Shown here: piece after piece, positions 32,943-44,532 of the stretch | Position numbering within the stretch: position 1 is the stretch's first letter | How the letters are laid out: every line of letters starts with the position of its first letter | Assembly: GCA_964019335.1 (NCBI GenBank) | Contig: OZ025697.1 | Span: 186,001-250,000 of the forward strand | Length of the DNA stretch: 64,000 bases | Direction: 5' to 3' | Source: Diplonema japonicum | Taxonomy: Eukaryota > Protista > Euglenozoa: Diplonemea | Notes under the pieces: generated by a model | Seen by the model: the letters and a program-made list of their open reading frames with translations, nothing else | The model's database searches: none | What the model was told of the DNA's origin: nothing | Program-made: the position numbers and the translations under genes

Positions 32943-33176
32943 CTCTCTGGAAAAAAAAAAATCTTTTTCGAGGAAAAATAAATGTCAACAAAATATAAAA
33001 AAAAAAAAAAAAAAAAAAAAAAGAAATAAAAACACTCACTGGGAATGGGGAGGGGGGTGTCTGGAAAGAAGAAAAAAAAAAAGAAAAAAAAAACCCGTGA
33101 ACAAAAAAAAAAAAAAAAAAAAAAATTGATGTGAAGAAAAGAAAAAAAAAAAAGAGAAAAAAAAAAAATGTGCGCT

Positions 33177-34481
33177 CTAGCTGGAGTAGAATTCCTCGCA
33201 CAGCTTCTTCGCGATGTCAGACCTATAAAAGGCCCCGTCGAATTTGATGAAAGCGGTGTCGGTGTAAGCCTGCTTCACAGCCTCGGGGAGGGTGCTCGCG
33301 AGCGAAGTAACGGCAATAACACGCCCGCCCGACGTCACCACCTTCCCATCCACCACACCGGTACCAGCGTGAAACACAGTACTAGTTTCAGGAACATCCT
33401 CGGCTCCCGAAATCACCTTCCCTTTTGGGTAAGATCCAGGGTACCCCCCAGACACCATCATAATGGTACAGGCGTAACGAGAATCGTAATCAACAGAATG
33501 CTCGTTAAGAGTCCCGTCCTTAAGGGACATGAGAAGCGGGAAGAGATCGTTGGTGATACGGGGCATCACGGCTTCCGTCTCGGGGTCGCCCATTCTGGCG
33601 TTGAATTCCACCACAAAAGGGTCGTTTTTAACATTCATAAGGCCCACGTAAAGGAAGCCGGTGTAACCGAGATTGTCGGAGAGAAGGCCTGCTACGGTTG
33701 GTTTGATAACGGTGTTTTCGACTTTCTTGATGAAATCAGATCCTTCGGCGCCGAAGGGGCAGGGTGAAACAGCGCCCATCCCGCCAGTGTTGAGGCCGGT
33801 ATCATTGTCGCCAGCACGTTTGAAATCACATGACGTTGGGAGGATTTTGTAGTTACCTTTACTGTCAATGAGGACGAACACAGACAGCTCCTTCCCGTCT
33901 AGAAATTCCTCGATAACTACCGAGGATGATGCTGTCCCGAATTTCCCGTCACAAACCATTCCGCTTAGTTCGGTCTGTGCGGTGGGGAGGTCGTCGATGA
34001 TGAGGACGCCCTTCCCACCTGCGAGGCCGTCTGATTTCAAGACGTACGGCGGTGAAAGAGTTTCCAAGAATTTCTTTCCCTCTTCAAGCGTTGCTTTTGT
34101 GAACGTTTGGTACTTCGCTGTCGGGACTTTGTGCTTCGCCATGAATTTCTTTGAGAAGTCCTTGCTGCCTTCCAATAGAGCGCCTGCTTTCTTCGGCCCT
34201 ACCACCACTACGTGAGTCACTTTGTCATCCTCTGCATAGCTGTCGTGGATACCATTGCATAGAGGATCTTCTGGGCCTACAATTACCAGGCCTACGTTTT
34301 GCTTAACGGTGAAGGCCTTCAGGCCGTCGAAATCGTTGACGCCGATAGGGAGGTTTTCGCCGAGTGCTGCTGTGCCTGCGTTGCCGGGGGCGAAGAAGAT
34401 ATTTTTAACCTTATCGCTTTGTTTCACCTTCCACCCCAGGGCGTGTTCTCTGCCCCCACCACCAACTATCAGTACGTTCAT
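33177..34481 (-). CDS. purD: Phosphoribosylamine--glycine ligase (monofunctional GARS)
   Basis: GGGGREHAL, APGNAG, VGPEDPL, LEGSKDFSK, KSDGLAGGKGV, NTGGMGA, EFNARMGDPE, FHAGT, SGGRV, YRSDIA; intronless. Confidence 0.97.
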   Translation of the reverse strand: MNVLIVGGGGREHALGWKVKQSDKVKNIFFAPGNAGTAALGENLPIGVNDFDGLKAFTVKQNVGLVIVGPEDPLCNGIHDSYAEDDKVTHVVVVGPKKAGALLEGSKDFSKKFMAKHKVPTAKYQTFTKATLEEGKKFLETLSPPYVLKSDGLAGGKGVLIIDDLPTAQTELSGMVCDGKFGTASSSVVIEEFLDGKELSVFVLIDSKGNYKILPTSCDFKRAGDNDTGLNTGGMGAVSPCPFGAEGSDFIKKVENTVIKPTVAGLLSDNLGYTGFLYVGLMNVKNDPFVVEFNARMGDPETEAVMPRITNDLFPLLMSLKDGTLNEHSVDYDSRYACTIMMVSGGYPGSYPKGKVISGAEDVPETSTVFHAGTGVVDGKVVTSGGRVIAVTSLASTLPEAVKQAYTDTAFIKFDGAFYRSDIAKKLCEEFYSS

Positions 34482-34870
34482 TTTTTTTTTTTTTTTTTCG
34501 CGCTCTTTTTTTTTTTTGTTGAGTTGGATATTTATTAAGGGGGAAAAAAAAAATACGATTTAACAAAAAAGGAAATACAGGAAGAGGGGGAAGGAGGAAA
34601 GAGAGAGGGGAAAAAAAAGGGGGGGGAGGGGAGGAGAGGGGGAAGAACGAAGTTTTTTTTTTTTTATAATTTTCTTTTTTAATAATTCTTGTTCCCTCCC
34701 CTCGCCACGCCTTGTCTCCTTTTTTTTTTCTTTTTTTTTTCTATTTCAAGATACTGTAAAACGAAAAAGTGACAGTTCACCCCTTCTTTTTTTTTTAATT
34801 TTTTTTTTCGGTGTCACGGAATCAGACCGGACTATTTTCCTGTCCAGAGGATTCTTCTTGAAAGCCACCA

Positions 34871-35070
34871 NNNNNNNNNNNNNNNNNNNNNNNNNNNNNN
34901 NNNNNNNNNNNNNNNNNNNNNNNNNNNNNNNNNNNNNNNNNNNNNNNNNNNNNNNNNNNNNNNNNNNNNNNNNNNNNNNNNNNNNNNNNNNNNNNNNNNN
35001 NNNNNNNNNNNNNNNNNNNNNNNNNNNNNNNNNNNNNNNNNNNNNNNNNNNNNNNNNNNNNNNNNNNNNN
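34871..35070. other. Assembly gap (200 N)
   Basis: Run of n. Confidence 1.
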
Positions 35071-35193
35071 ATACTGACCGGTGAAGGGGGGGGAAGGGGG
35101 TTAACACATAAAAAAAAAGGGGGGGAAGAAATTAGTATACAAAATCTATTATCGTTTTTTATTTCTTTCTTTCTTTTTTCCCCCCACCCCCTA

Positions 35194-36338
35194 CTACACT
35201 TCACTCCCAGGAGGGGGATTCCCCCCTGCTGTCCGCGGGGGGGAAAAATAAGCATCGGTCACCTGCTCCGCCTCCGCAGGATCATCTTGCGGCACCACAG
35301 CAGGGGAATACACCTCATAAGCTTCCTCATGCAGGGGAGGCAACTGCTGAGCAACGGGAGCTGCGTCCCACTCCCGAACACCACCGTACTGCTTTATAAA
35401 TTCCCCTCTGGTGTACAAACCACCATCACTCAGGTCAACCCGCCTCTCGTCATTGCTGATAATTATATCAGGATATGCCTTCAAAGCTCTCATGATGGCC
35501 CGCTTAGGAGGAACTATTTCATTGTTCGCCTCGTTTCCGTGAACACCAGGAATGCCCTTCTTCGCATTACGGTGGAAGTCCTCGTAACGAACTCTCGCCC
35601 ATCTTTTTTTTTTTTTTTTTTTTTCTTTCTTTTTACATACTTCGCCACATCATCATTCGATGCGTCACACGCAAGGCGGATCAACGCAAGCAACATAACA
35701 AACAAGTTCAATGAAAGAGCGATCAACAGCCCTGTGAAGGAAACCGCGAAGCACGTGTCTATTTGCTTTGCCGTGGCAGCAGCTCCGTTACGAGGCAGAC
35801 CTACACAGTACGAAATGTAATCGTCAGCGAAGCTAGCAGGTTCCATGGATTTCACAATTGCGACAATGGCCCAGACATGGAGAAAGATCTCTATGGTGGG
35901 GAGGATGATGTTCGTCCTTACCAGAAGACCCTCCCATCTTACAAACCACCTGTTAGAGCGGAACAGAAGTTTGTTTATAACCGAAAGTATGACGGTGGGC
36001 AGTGTGACGCCAAATACAGTGTTTTGCAGGTCCGCAGCAGTCATGAAAAAATATTCGCTTGACGTCCCTGTGATGACGGCGGTGATGTCCCTTCCCCCAA
36101 TGGTGATTTTTTTGGAGTAGTTGCAGTTATCTAGAACAGCTTGCACGCTGGTGGTCACCTTGTAGCTGGAGCCCGACCAGTAGCTTTGGAAGGTGTTGTC
36201 TATGCCGCTGATCCACACTGTGAAGGTCACGATGGTGACCGTTACCATCGCCAAGGCTACCAGGAGGTACACCATCTTCGCAAAGAATTCTTCATTCGTC
36301 CGAAGAGGATGCCGGTGGACGTAGATGAAGGTCGACAT
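35194..36338 (-). CDS. Four-TM membrane protein with a C-terminal ERRxD-YTxxEF-EWD motif; intron 35603-35640
   Basis: Hydrophobic segments in ORF 35514-36338; splicing joins ORF 35194-35493 containing ERRVDLSDGGLYTRGEFIKQYGGVREWDAA. Confidence 0.75.
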
Positions 36339-36722
36339 TTTCTTTTTTTTTTTTTTTTTTTTTTTCCTCTCTTTCCCTGCCTCTTCTCACCCTCCCCCTC
36401 CCCCTCCCTCTCTGGGTTTGATTTTTGTTAGAAAAGAAAGAAGAAGAAAAAAAAAAAAGAAAGAAAGAATTGAAAATAGTTTAATTATTTTTTTTTTTTT
36501 CTCTTTGTTATCGCATGAATTAATATGTCACACTTTTTTTTGTTTTTGTTGTTTTTGTTTTTCCTTAATTCTTTTTTTTTTTAAAAGGACAAACATCCCT
36601 GAAAAAGCAGGCAAGAAGAAAGTAAGCATCCGTTCACGGACGAGGCTAAAAAAAAAAAAAAAAAAATGGGGCTTTGATTGCAACACTAGGTGGCGTTAAG
36701 CGTGCAATGAAGCACGAACTAC

Positions 36723-36992
36723 CTACTTGATTACAGGGGGCGCTCCTCGGCCGAGCAGTAGCTTCTTCTGCGTTCCGCGTCGTGTCCTTAATGCGTGCGG
36801 TGTGCTCAACCCTAGCCGGGGCGTCCCGGGTAACCAAGATTCTGCGCTCGTGCAGTTTGCTGCCTGTTCGTCACCCTGAGCATCTGCGTTACGTTCTTCC
36901 ACTCGGGTGCTACCGGTGATGACCGACGAGGAGGTCAACAGCGAACAACACATCTGATGTGCTTCTTATATTTCCATGTTATCCCCACCACC
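36723..36992 (-). mobile_element. Second copy of the short retroposon (5' intact, last ~50 nt absent or replaced)
   Basis: Aligns to 30457-30719 with few differences; same 5' boundary GGTGGTG. Confidence 0.85.
36859..36992 (-). ncRNA. HDV-like self-cleaving ribozyme (copy B)
   Basis: Core identical to copy A; differences only in J1/2 and the P4 loop. Confidence 0.85.
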
Positions 36993-37075
36993 TAAAAAAA
37001 AAAAGCAGTTTCCTTTACCCCCCCCCCCCCTCCCTCTTTGCTTCTTAGAAACTAGTCTTTTCTTTTTTCTTTTTT

Positions 37076-37575
37076 TTACGACGATTGTAAATTCCAATCT
37101 GTGGGCCCTGACGTACTCCACCCTTCCTGTGAAGGGGGTGCTGTGGTCCATTGGTCAAATGGAGCGGTGTTGCTAGCCTGCACAGGCTGTCCTAGTGTAA
37201 AGGAAGCACTACGTGAGCTGAGGTCCGAAGGGTTTTGGTTAGGACCTGGGAAGGACACAGACCGCGTGAAAGGCGCTTCTTCAGGAGGAGGGAAAGGCGA
37301 TGCTTCTGCGGGAGGGAAAAGGGAGGTAGACGGGATGGCAGGGGCACCAAAAGCATTCTCCCCACCCACCTGAGGCACAACCGGAACAGGGGGAGGAGGG
37401 AAAGCTGCTGGTGTTTGGATCGAGAGAGAACCCTTGTAGCTGATCTCTTTGGCCGTCAATTGGTCGTCCTTCAGCTTCTTCCAGCCAAACTTATGTTCGT
37501 CCCTTTTCATGCACAGCAACACATCACCAGTCTCTTTCACCTGAAATAGTGAAAATATTTTCAAAAATATTATTT

Positions 37576-37609
<34 letters not shown>

Positions 37610-37996
37610 CTGTATTCTCCTGTTAACGTCTATTTCCGTCAGTACCACTGCTGCGGGCACATCTGCTTTGAAGAATAAAGGTGTTTCGGTTTCTGTCGTG
37701 TCGAAGGCCCGTGGTGCCTGTTGCACCACTGGTACCGGTGCCACAGGGAGGGGCTGTTGTTGTTGTTGTGGTGGCTGCTGTTGTTGTTGTTGTTGTTGCT
37801 GCTGTGTTACGCTGTTACTCGCCTTCAGGCTTTCGATGACGGTGTTTTGCTCCTGGATGCACTGCTTGCATTCCCGCACTTCCTCCGACAATCTATTTAT
37901 CACCCCCATCAGCCTGGCCTCCATCTCCGACACCTTAACATCTGTCTCGGCAAATGCGGCCCCTAGAGCCTGCACACAGGCTGCTACCTGAGACAT
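37076..37996 (-). CDS. Hypothetical protein (coiled coil, poly-Q, Pro-rich tail) with one in-frame intron near 37542-37609
   Basis: ORF with a GT-AG homopolymer intron. Confidence 0.7.
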
Positions 37997-38062
37997 GGCT
38001 TCCTGGAAAAAGGGTACGGTATCTTTTGGGGAAAAAAAAAAAATTTTTTTTTTTTTTGTTCA

Positions 38063-38599
38063 TCACAGTTCCCCGCAGTTTGTGATTATAATGGGTTTTT
38101 CAGGGAAGTCGTTCCGGGTGGTCTGGGTGGAGAGCATGACGCGGAGAACGTTCATACTTTCCTCGGTGATCTTCCCAAAGGCAACGTGTTGGCCATCAAG
38201 CCACAGGGCCTTGCAATACGTGATGAAGAATTGGGACGAGTTTGTGTGCGGGCCTGAGTTGGCCATTGACACAGTGCCCGGGCAGTCGTGGGATAATTTG
38301 AAGGACTCGTCCTTGAAGCTCTTCCCGTACATGGAGAGACCCCCGTGGCCATTACCATGTGTAAAGTCACCCCCTTGCACCATGAAATTTTGGATCAGTC
38401 TGTGGAAACAGCTGCCCTTGTAGTGTAGCACGTTGCCGGCACTGTCCTTGCCTTTCTCTCCCGTGCACATTACTCTGAAATTTTCTGCGGTTTTAGGTAC
38501 CACATCGTAACGGAGTTGGACTACCAGTCGCCCTACGGGTGTCCCCCCTATGGATATGTCCAGGTAGCACTGGGGGTTCTTCCCCACTACATTGTCCAT
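38063..38599 (-). CDS. Cyclophilin-type peptidyl-prolyl isomerase
   Basis: VPKTAENFR, YKGSCFHRLIQNFMVQGGDFT, SMANSGPHTNSSQFFIT, WLDGQHVAFG. Confidence 0.97.
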   Translation of the reverse strand: MDNVVGKNPQCYLDISIGGTPVGRLVVQLRYDVVPKTAENFRVMCTGEKGKDSAGNVLHYKGSCFHRLIQNFMVQGGDFTHGNGHGGLSMYGKSFKDESFKLSHDCPGTVSMANSGPHTNSSQFFITYCKALWLDGQHVAFGKITEESMNVLRVMLSTQTTRNDFPEKPIIITNCGEL

Positions 38600-38737
38600 T
38601 TTTTTCGCTTCATTGTTTCCCCCCCCCTCCATCCCCAATCCTTGTTTTTTTTTTTTTTTTTTTGAGAATCTTTTTTTTTTTTTTTTTTTTTTTTTCCCGA
38701 AAAAAAAAAAAAAAAAAAAAGGCGAGGGAATAGTCGG

Positions 38738-38772
<35 letters not shown>

Positions 38773-39021
38773 CGGAAAACTACAATAGGCCGGGGAGGTT
38801 TTGGCTTGGGTGGGGGGGAGTGGGGGTATGTTCATTCAACATTCTTTTTTTTTCTCTTTTTGATTTTTTTTTCTTCTTCCACCCGTCTCCCCCCCCGTCC
38901 CTCCCGAGGGAGAGAAGAGTATGGGAGATAAGGGGGGAAAAAAAAAAAAGGAAAAAAAAAGAGAATGTTAAGCGAAATACACTGACCAGTTCTCTTGCCT
39001 ATCTTGCGCGAAGCGTAATGC

Positions 39022-39177
39022 TCACATCCTCAACTTGGTGCGCCTCCAGTGGCGCCTCTTGCTGTTCCACTTGATGGCCTTGCCGGTCTTAAAACGGCAG
39101 AACCAAGGAACAGGGCGGTTGACCTTCATCTTCTTGGCATAATGGAGCTTCTGGGTAAGGGTCTTGATGGCACCCAT
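39022..39177 (-). CDS. RPL39: 60S ribosomal protein L39, copy 1
   Basis: [51 protein letters not shown] (51 aa). Confidence 0.95.
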   Translation of the reverse strand: MGAIKTLTQKLHYAKKMKVNRPVPWFCRFKTGKAIKWNSKRRHWRRTKLRM

Positions 39178-39212
39178 TTTTGTTGTAGTTAACCTGATTG
39201 AGGGGGTGGGAT

Positions 39213-39246
<34 letters not shown>

Positions 39247-39402
39247 CCAATTGAAAGAAAAAGAATAAAAGCTTTTTTTTTTTTGACTTTTTTTTTTTTA
39301 GTTTTTTTTTTAAAAAAGTAACCCCCCGCTTCTAGTCAATGAGTACTGATGTCCGTCTGGTGAAGGTGAAGAAAGGAGCGCATGGATGCAAGGGCATAAT
39401 GC

Positions 39403-39558
39403 TCACATCCTCAACTTGGTGCGCCTCCAGTGGCGCCTCTTGCTGTTCCACTTGATGGCCTTGCCGGTCTTGAAACGGCAGAACCAAGGAACAGGGCGGT
39501 TGACCTTCATCTTCTTGGCATAATGAAGCTTCTGGGTAAGGGTCTTGATGGCACCCAT
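39403..39558 (-). CDS. RPL39: 60S ribosomal protein L39, copy 2
   Basis: Identical protein; two synonymous differences from copy 1. Confidence 0.95.
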   Translation of the reverse strand: MGAIKTLTQKLHYAKKMKVNRPVPWFCRFKTGKAIKWNSKRRHWRRTKLRM

Positions 39559-39719
39559 TTTAGAATTCCTGAGATGATTTTTTTTCAATTTCTTTTTTTT
39601 TTGTTTTGCAAAATAAAAGGGGGGGGATAATAATAGTAATAAATAATCTAAGAGATAGGGAAAGGCGCTTGCCCTATCTAAAGCAATAAGAAAAAGAGGG
39701 GGGCGGGGGGGGGGGGGAA

Positions 39720-39909
39720 TCATTTCTCAGTCCTGTCTATCAGCTCTGCCACGTAGGACCTCAACTCTCGGTTGTTCTCGGATAATGAACGGTTTTCGTT
39801 CCTAGTCGGGGGAAAAAAAAAAAGTTCTACCTTCCCCTCCATTTTCATACCCAAGGATCGTATTTTCGGTGTCTAGTTTCTCGACTTTTTCTTCTAAAAG
39901 ACTTATTTG

Positions 39910-39942
<33 letters not shown>

Positions 39943-40846
39943 CATACTCCTTTTCCCTTAAGAACCCAACATTGTCCTCCAATTTGTTTTCAACCTCCAG
40001 ATTCTTGTGGTGCAACACCTCGATCTGCCGCTCCAGCTCCTCCACCTTTCCCTCCCTCAACGTGATCATCTCCTGGCACGTCACAAGCGAGTCCCTGACC
40101 TTCACCACCTCCGCCTTCAGTTCCGCATTCTCCCGTAGATGCTCCTTCGCAACTCTGTCTCGTTTCCGAAGTTGGTTCTCCCAGTCGAGCTTCCGCTGGT
40201 AGAGGAAGGACTTAACCTCTGTTTCTGTATAAGATTTATCACTGTCTGATTTAGTAGGTGTTGAGGGTCCTGGAACAGGTGGTTGTAAAGGTGTGTGAGC
40301 TAATCTATTCAACAAAATATTGGCCTCGTTTTTAACTGCGGTGTGAGCGGGGAGCGAGGAAAGGTGTTCTGTCAGTTCTTGAGAAACCTCTGATGGGATG
40401 ACAGGGAAAGCATCGATCACAGAATTTGCAAGCATCAACAAGGGTAAGATGTCTGGTGACAGGCCTGATTGGTCATCTTGGAGGGCCCTTATCAGCTCAC
40501 CCATTACAGGCGATGATCCTAGTTCTGCTACGGACTTGAATTTTTGTAGAATTTTGCATATTCCGGATACGCCGTTACCTACGCCCTCAGCCAACATGGT
40601 TACTATCACTTCTTCGACCAGCTGCGCAATTGGTTCTTCACAGCTGTCCAGCTCGCCGACCTTGTTCAGGAACTCATGGATGATGACCCCGCGTACAGGC
40701 CCCCACTGTGCTGTTTTGGTCATCTCCACCATTTTCTCCAACGTCGCTCCCCTCAGATCCCGGCTGAAGGCCTCAACCCCCTCTGCAGACCATGTTTGCT
40801 CCAGATATTTTTCATCGAGGTTTTTTTCTTTTTCCGTGTTCTCCAT
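39720..40846 (-). CDS. Helical/coiled-coil hypothetical protein with two 3' introns
   Basis: Introns at 39914-39947 and ~39803-39850 extend the coiled coil in frame to TGA 39720. Confidence 0.75.
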
Positions 40847-40888
40847 TTTTTTTTCCCCTCTGAAATAATTTTTTTTTTTCCTCTTGAT

Positions 40889-40919
<31 letters not shown>

Positions 40920-41624
40920 CCAAAAAAATAATTGGGGGGAAGGGAAGAAGAATACAGTTTTTTTTTTTTAAACCCCTACCTTTGAACCTTTTTTTTCCCC
41001 CCTTTCCTTTATTTCCCCACCCTTGCTCGTCTTCAAAAAAAAAAGGGGGGGAAAAAAAAAGAAGGAGATCCCACATCCATTATACACCTCATACGAATCA
41101 TCAGGCCATCTGAAGGGGGATGAGAAGTAAGAAAGAACACAGGAAAGGAACTGAAAACAATGGAAGGTGGCGGGGGGAGGGATGTTAGTTAGCGACACGA
41201 GGGCTGTTTCTTTTTTTTTTTGCGTTTACTGTAAAATTCTGGTCGCAAGCGTCATCACGCTATCCCCCCCCCCCCCCCCCCAGAAGAACAAGGGACGACG
41301 GAGAAAATAAAGGTTTTCTTTTTTTTTTCTGCATTTTTTTTTTCTTACTTTTCTCAGTGAGTGGGAAAGATAACGATAGGAAGACTTAATATTTTCTTTT
41401 TTAAAAAAAGGGGGGTAACATCCTTCTTTTGTGTATAGGGAGGAGAGCAGTGTGTGGTCGGAAGAAGAAGGGGGGCGGGGGGGGAAAGGGGGGATAAAAA
41501 AGGAGACGTATAAAAAATTCTTTCATAAAACACACTCACCCGTTCTGACACTATTTCTCTTCTCTCCCCCCCCTCCCCTCCCCATTTTCTTTTTTTTTCT
41601 ATTTTTTTTTTTTTTATTATTATT

Positions 41625-41983
41625 TTAAGTGGCAGCTGGTTTTGAAGATCGAGAAGGTTTCTTGTCCTTCGCAGCGCCGCGTGGTCGGTAGGTTTTAATC
41701 ATATTTGAGAAGAAAGATTCAGCAGTCGCTTCCAAAGAGGGCATCTTGGCCCCGCCGGCACCTGGTACTGCTGCGCTCGCAGGCGTTCTGTTTCTGATTT
41801 TCTCAAGCCGGGTGGTCCCTGGCCCGAGAAGATCGCTGCTGCTGAGGTTGCTCTTCATGTCCGAGACCCACTCAGGGAACATTTTCGGCAGCTCAGGCTC
41901 ACCCGCAGCCTCTTCTGTAGGTGCCTCAAATACCTGCTCCCACCGTTTATCCGCATAGGCCCCTGTTTGAATCTTAGCAACCT

Positions 41984-42044
<61 letters not shown>

Positions 42045-43118
42045 TTTTCCCTTCAAAATACCTGCGGCAATGAATCGGCAAACGCAGGAATAAACAATTT
42101 TGTGTTGTCGAAAATGGCGGCTGGTACCCTCCTGCGGGTTTTTTTTTTTTTTTTTTTTCCCCTCCCAATACCTAGCCAACCCCTTTCGTTCGTCAGTCAT
42201 GCCTCTCATTGGGATGTTCGCCAATCTGAACAATAAGTACTCCTTCACCACGTCCACGGTCTCCTTGTCACCGTTGGTGTAGAATAACGCGGCGCCCCGC
42301 TCCACACACCATTTCCGCAGCGCACCCTGAACGTAGTTGAGGAGATGCCCGCGGTCCTTGGGGTCCTTTGCCTGCCTGTGCGCGATCTGCTCGAGAAGCT
42401 TTGCCTTCGTGCAGATGACGATCAGCGGCACCCCGAGGTTACCCTTTTGATAGATCCCCATTTTTTTGTAGGTTTGAGAAGAGCGGCCCATGTCGGTGGG
42501 GGAAATAACTTCGAGGCAGTCATCTGCCTCAGCTTTTTTTTTGGCGAGGGTGGCCGGGTCTGTGTGGAATGCCTCGCACTGGTCTTTCATGTTTTGCTGC
42601 AGGGTCTGCCGAAGTTCGAGATTGTCGCCGTGTATTTCCTTCACAGTCTCGTCAAGCGAAATAAACCAATCGTTAAGCCTCTTCAGGACCAGGTGTGGAA
42701 TTGAGAGGTCAACGGTGATTGCAAATACAGAACTCTGTATTGTCTTTTCGCCCATAGTCGACAGGAAGTACGACGGGAGCAGGAATTTTGCAGGAGGCTG
42801 TTCGATAACTGTGTGTAGGATTCTCACCGTAAGCTCCTCATCGTCTCCTATAGGGGAGGCCTTCCATTCTCCGTACCCGAAGGAGAGGCCGTGTGCTGAT
42901 ATCTCGCCTTCTGTTTCGTCGTCGTCCCCGTGTTGCTGTTTTAGCCATTTCAACACCTTCATTTTCTCGTCGTTTTTGTCCCCCACCACAAACATGGGGT
43001 AAACGTCCCTTGCCTTGTTCACTGTGCTGTGTTCCCTGTGCTCCGCCAAAACTTTTTCCCACAGCGACTCCTTCTCGTTTGGTTGGGTCGCTTGTTCGTT
43101 ATCATTTTGAAATTTCAT
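41625..43118 (-). CDS. Cytoplasmic dynein light intermediate chain-like protein (two introns)
   Basis: SLWEKVL, VDLSIP, NLGVPLIVICTK, YVQGALRKWCVERGAALFYT, spliced LFIPAFAD, C-terminal FF helix. Confidence 0.85.
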
Positions 43119-43718
43119 TTCCCCCCCCCCTCTCCCTCCTCTCCCTCCTCTTTTTTTTTTTCCCTTTTTTTTTTCCCCGGCAGAGAGAATAAATATAAAA
43201 AATTTAAAAAAAAAAAAGGGAAGGGGGGTGGGGGTGGTGGTGGTGGTGAGTATGTTGATAGACCGCCGTGGATCTTTCTTCCCCCCCCCCCCTTTTTTTT
43301 AATTTTTAATTTTTATCTATCTCGCCCCCATTTTTCCTTCTTTCATTTTTTTTTTTTTTTCATCCATATCCATATGTAACCCCGAGGAACGGGGGAGTGG
43401 GTGGGGAGGAGTGGGAAAGAGTAAATGTGGATAATATAAAAAAAAAAAAAAAAAAAAGGCAGTGGGCAGGGAAAACATGAAAAAGTAGTACTTGGAGGGG
43501 GGAGAGAGAGTATAAACATCCAGGATGTTGCATTTGTATTTTTTTTTTTTCATTATCTTCCGTTTTTTTCTCTTTTATTGTGCTCGAAGTAGGATTTCTC
43601 ATGCTGGTCGGAGGAGGGTGTGGGTGCTGCATAAAACCAGCTAACTAGCGCTAGTCATGCCTGTTTAAGGCAAGGTAACGATAAGAAGAAGAGCGCGAGG
43701 TACGGAGGGGGGAGCTAA

Positions 43719-43784
<66 letters not shown>

Positions 43785-44484
43785 TATTCCTCCCCTCTCC
43801 TTCCCTTTATCATCTCCTCCTTTCCCGCTTTAAGTGTTTCTCCACAACAGAAGACCAATTGGTCCAGCAAAAAAAAAAAAAAAAAAAGTCATATACAGCA
43901 CTTTTTTTTTTTCTCTTCTTTTTTTAGCGGACTGGGAAAGGAGAGGAAAAAGATAAAGGTATAGGTATAGGTATCACGGGGGGGTAAAAAAAAAACTTTT
44001 CTTTTTTTTCCTAAAAAAAAAAAAAAAAAAAAAAGGTCGACCAAAAAAACTTTTTTATTCTCCCTCTTTTTTTTTTTTTTCATTTCTTTATTTACTAATA
44101 CGCACTTGTCATTTCTTTCGTAAACCTTTCCCCCCACCCCATCACCACCATATCCCCGTTATTCTTTTTTTTTTCCACCCGATTCTACAGAAGAAAAAAT
44201 TTTTTACCATAAAACAATCGCAGATAAGGAGAGAAGTGGTGGTGGGGGGGGGGGGGGATCGTAAATTTTTTGTTGGAGATGTTCTCTCACTTCTTTGTTA
44301 AAGAAGCATCAGAGGCACATCAGGGTAGGAATTCGCTCTCCTGAGGAAGAGGGAAGGGGGGGACGTAACTTAAAAAAAAAAAAGTAGAAGGAATAATAAC
44401 TCAATAAGCATTTTTTTTTTTTTTTTTTCTTTCTCTAAAATATGGATGAAAAACAGAGATTTTCTTTTTGTTTGTGTTTTACTG

Positions 44485-44529
<45 letters not shown>

Positions 44530-44532
<3 letters not shown>

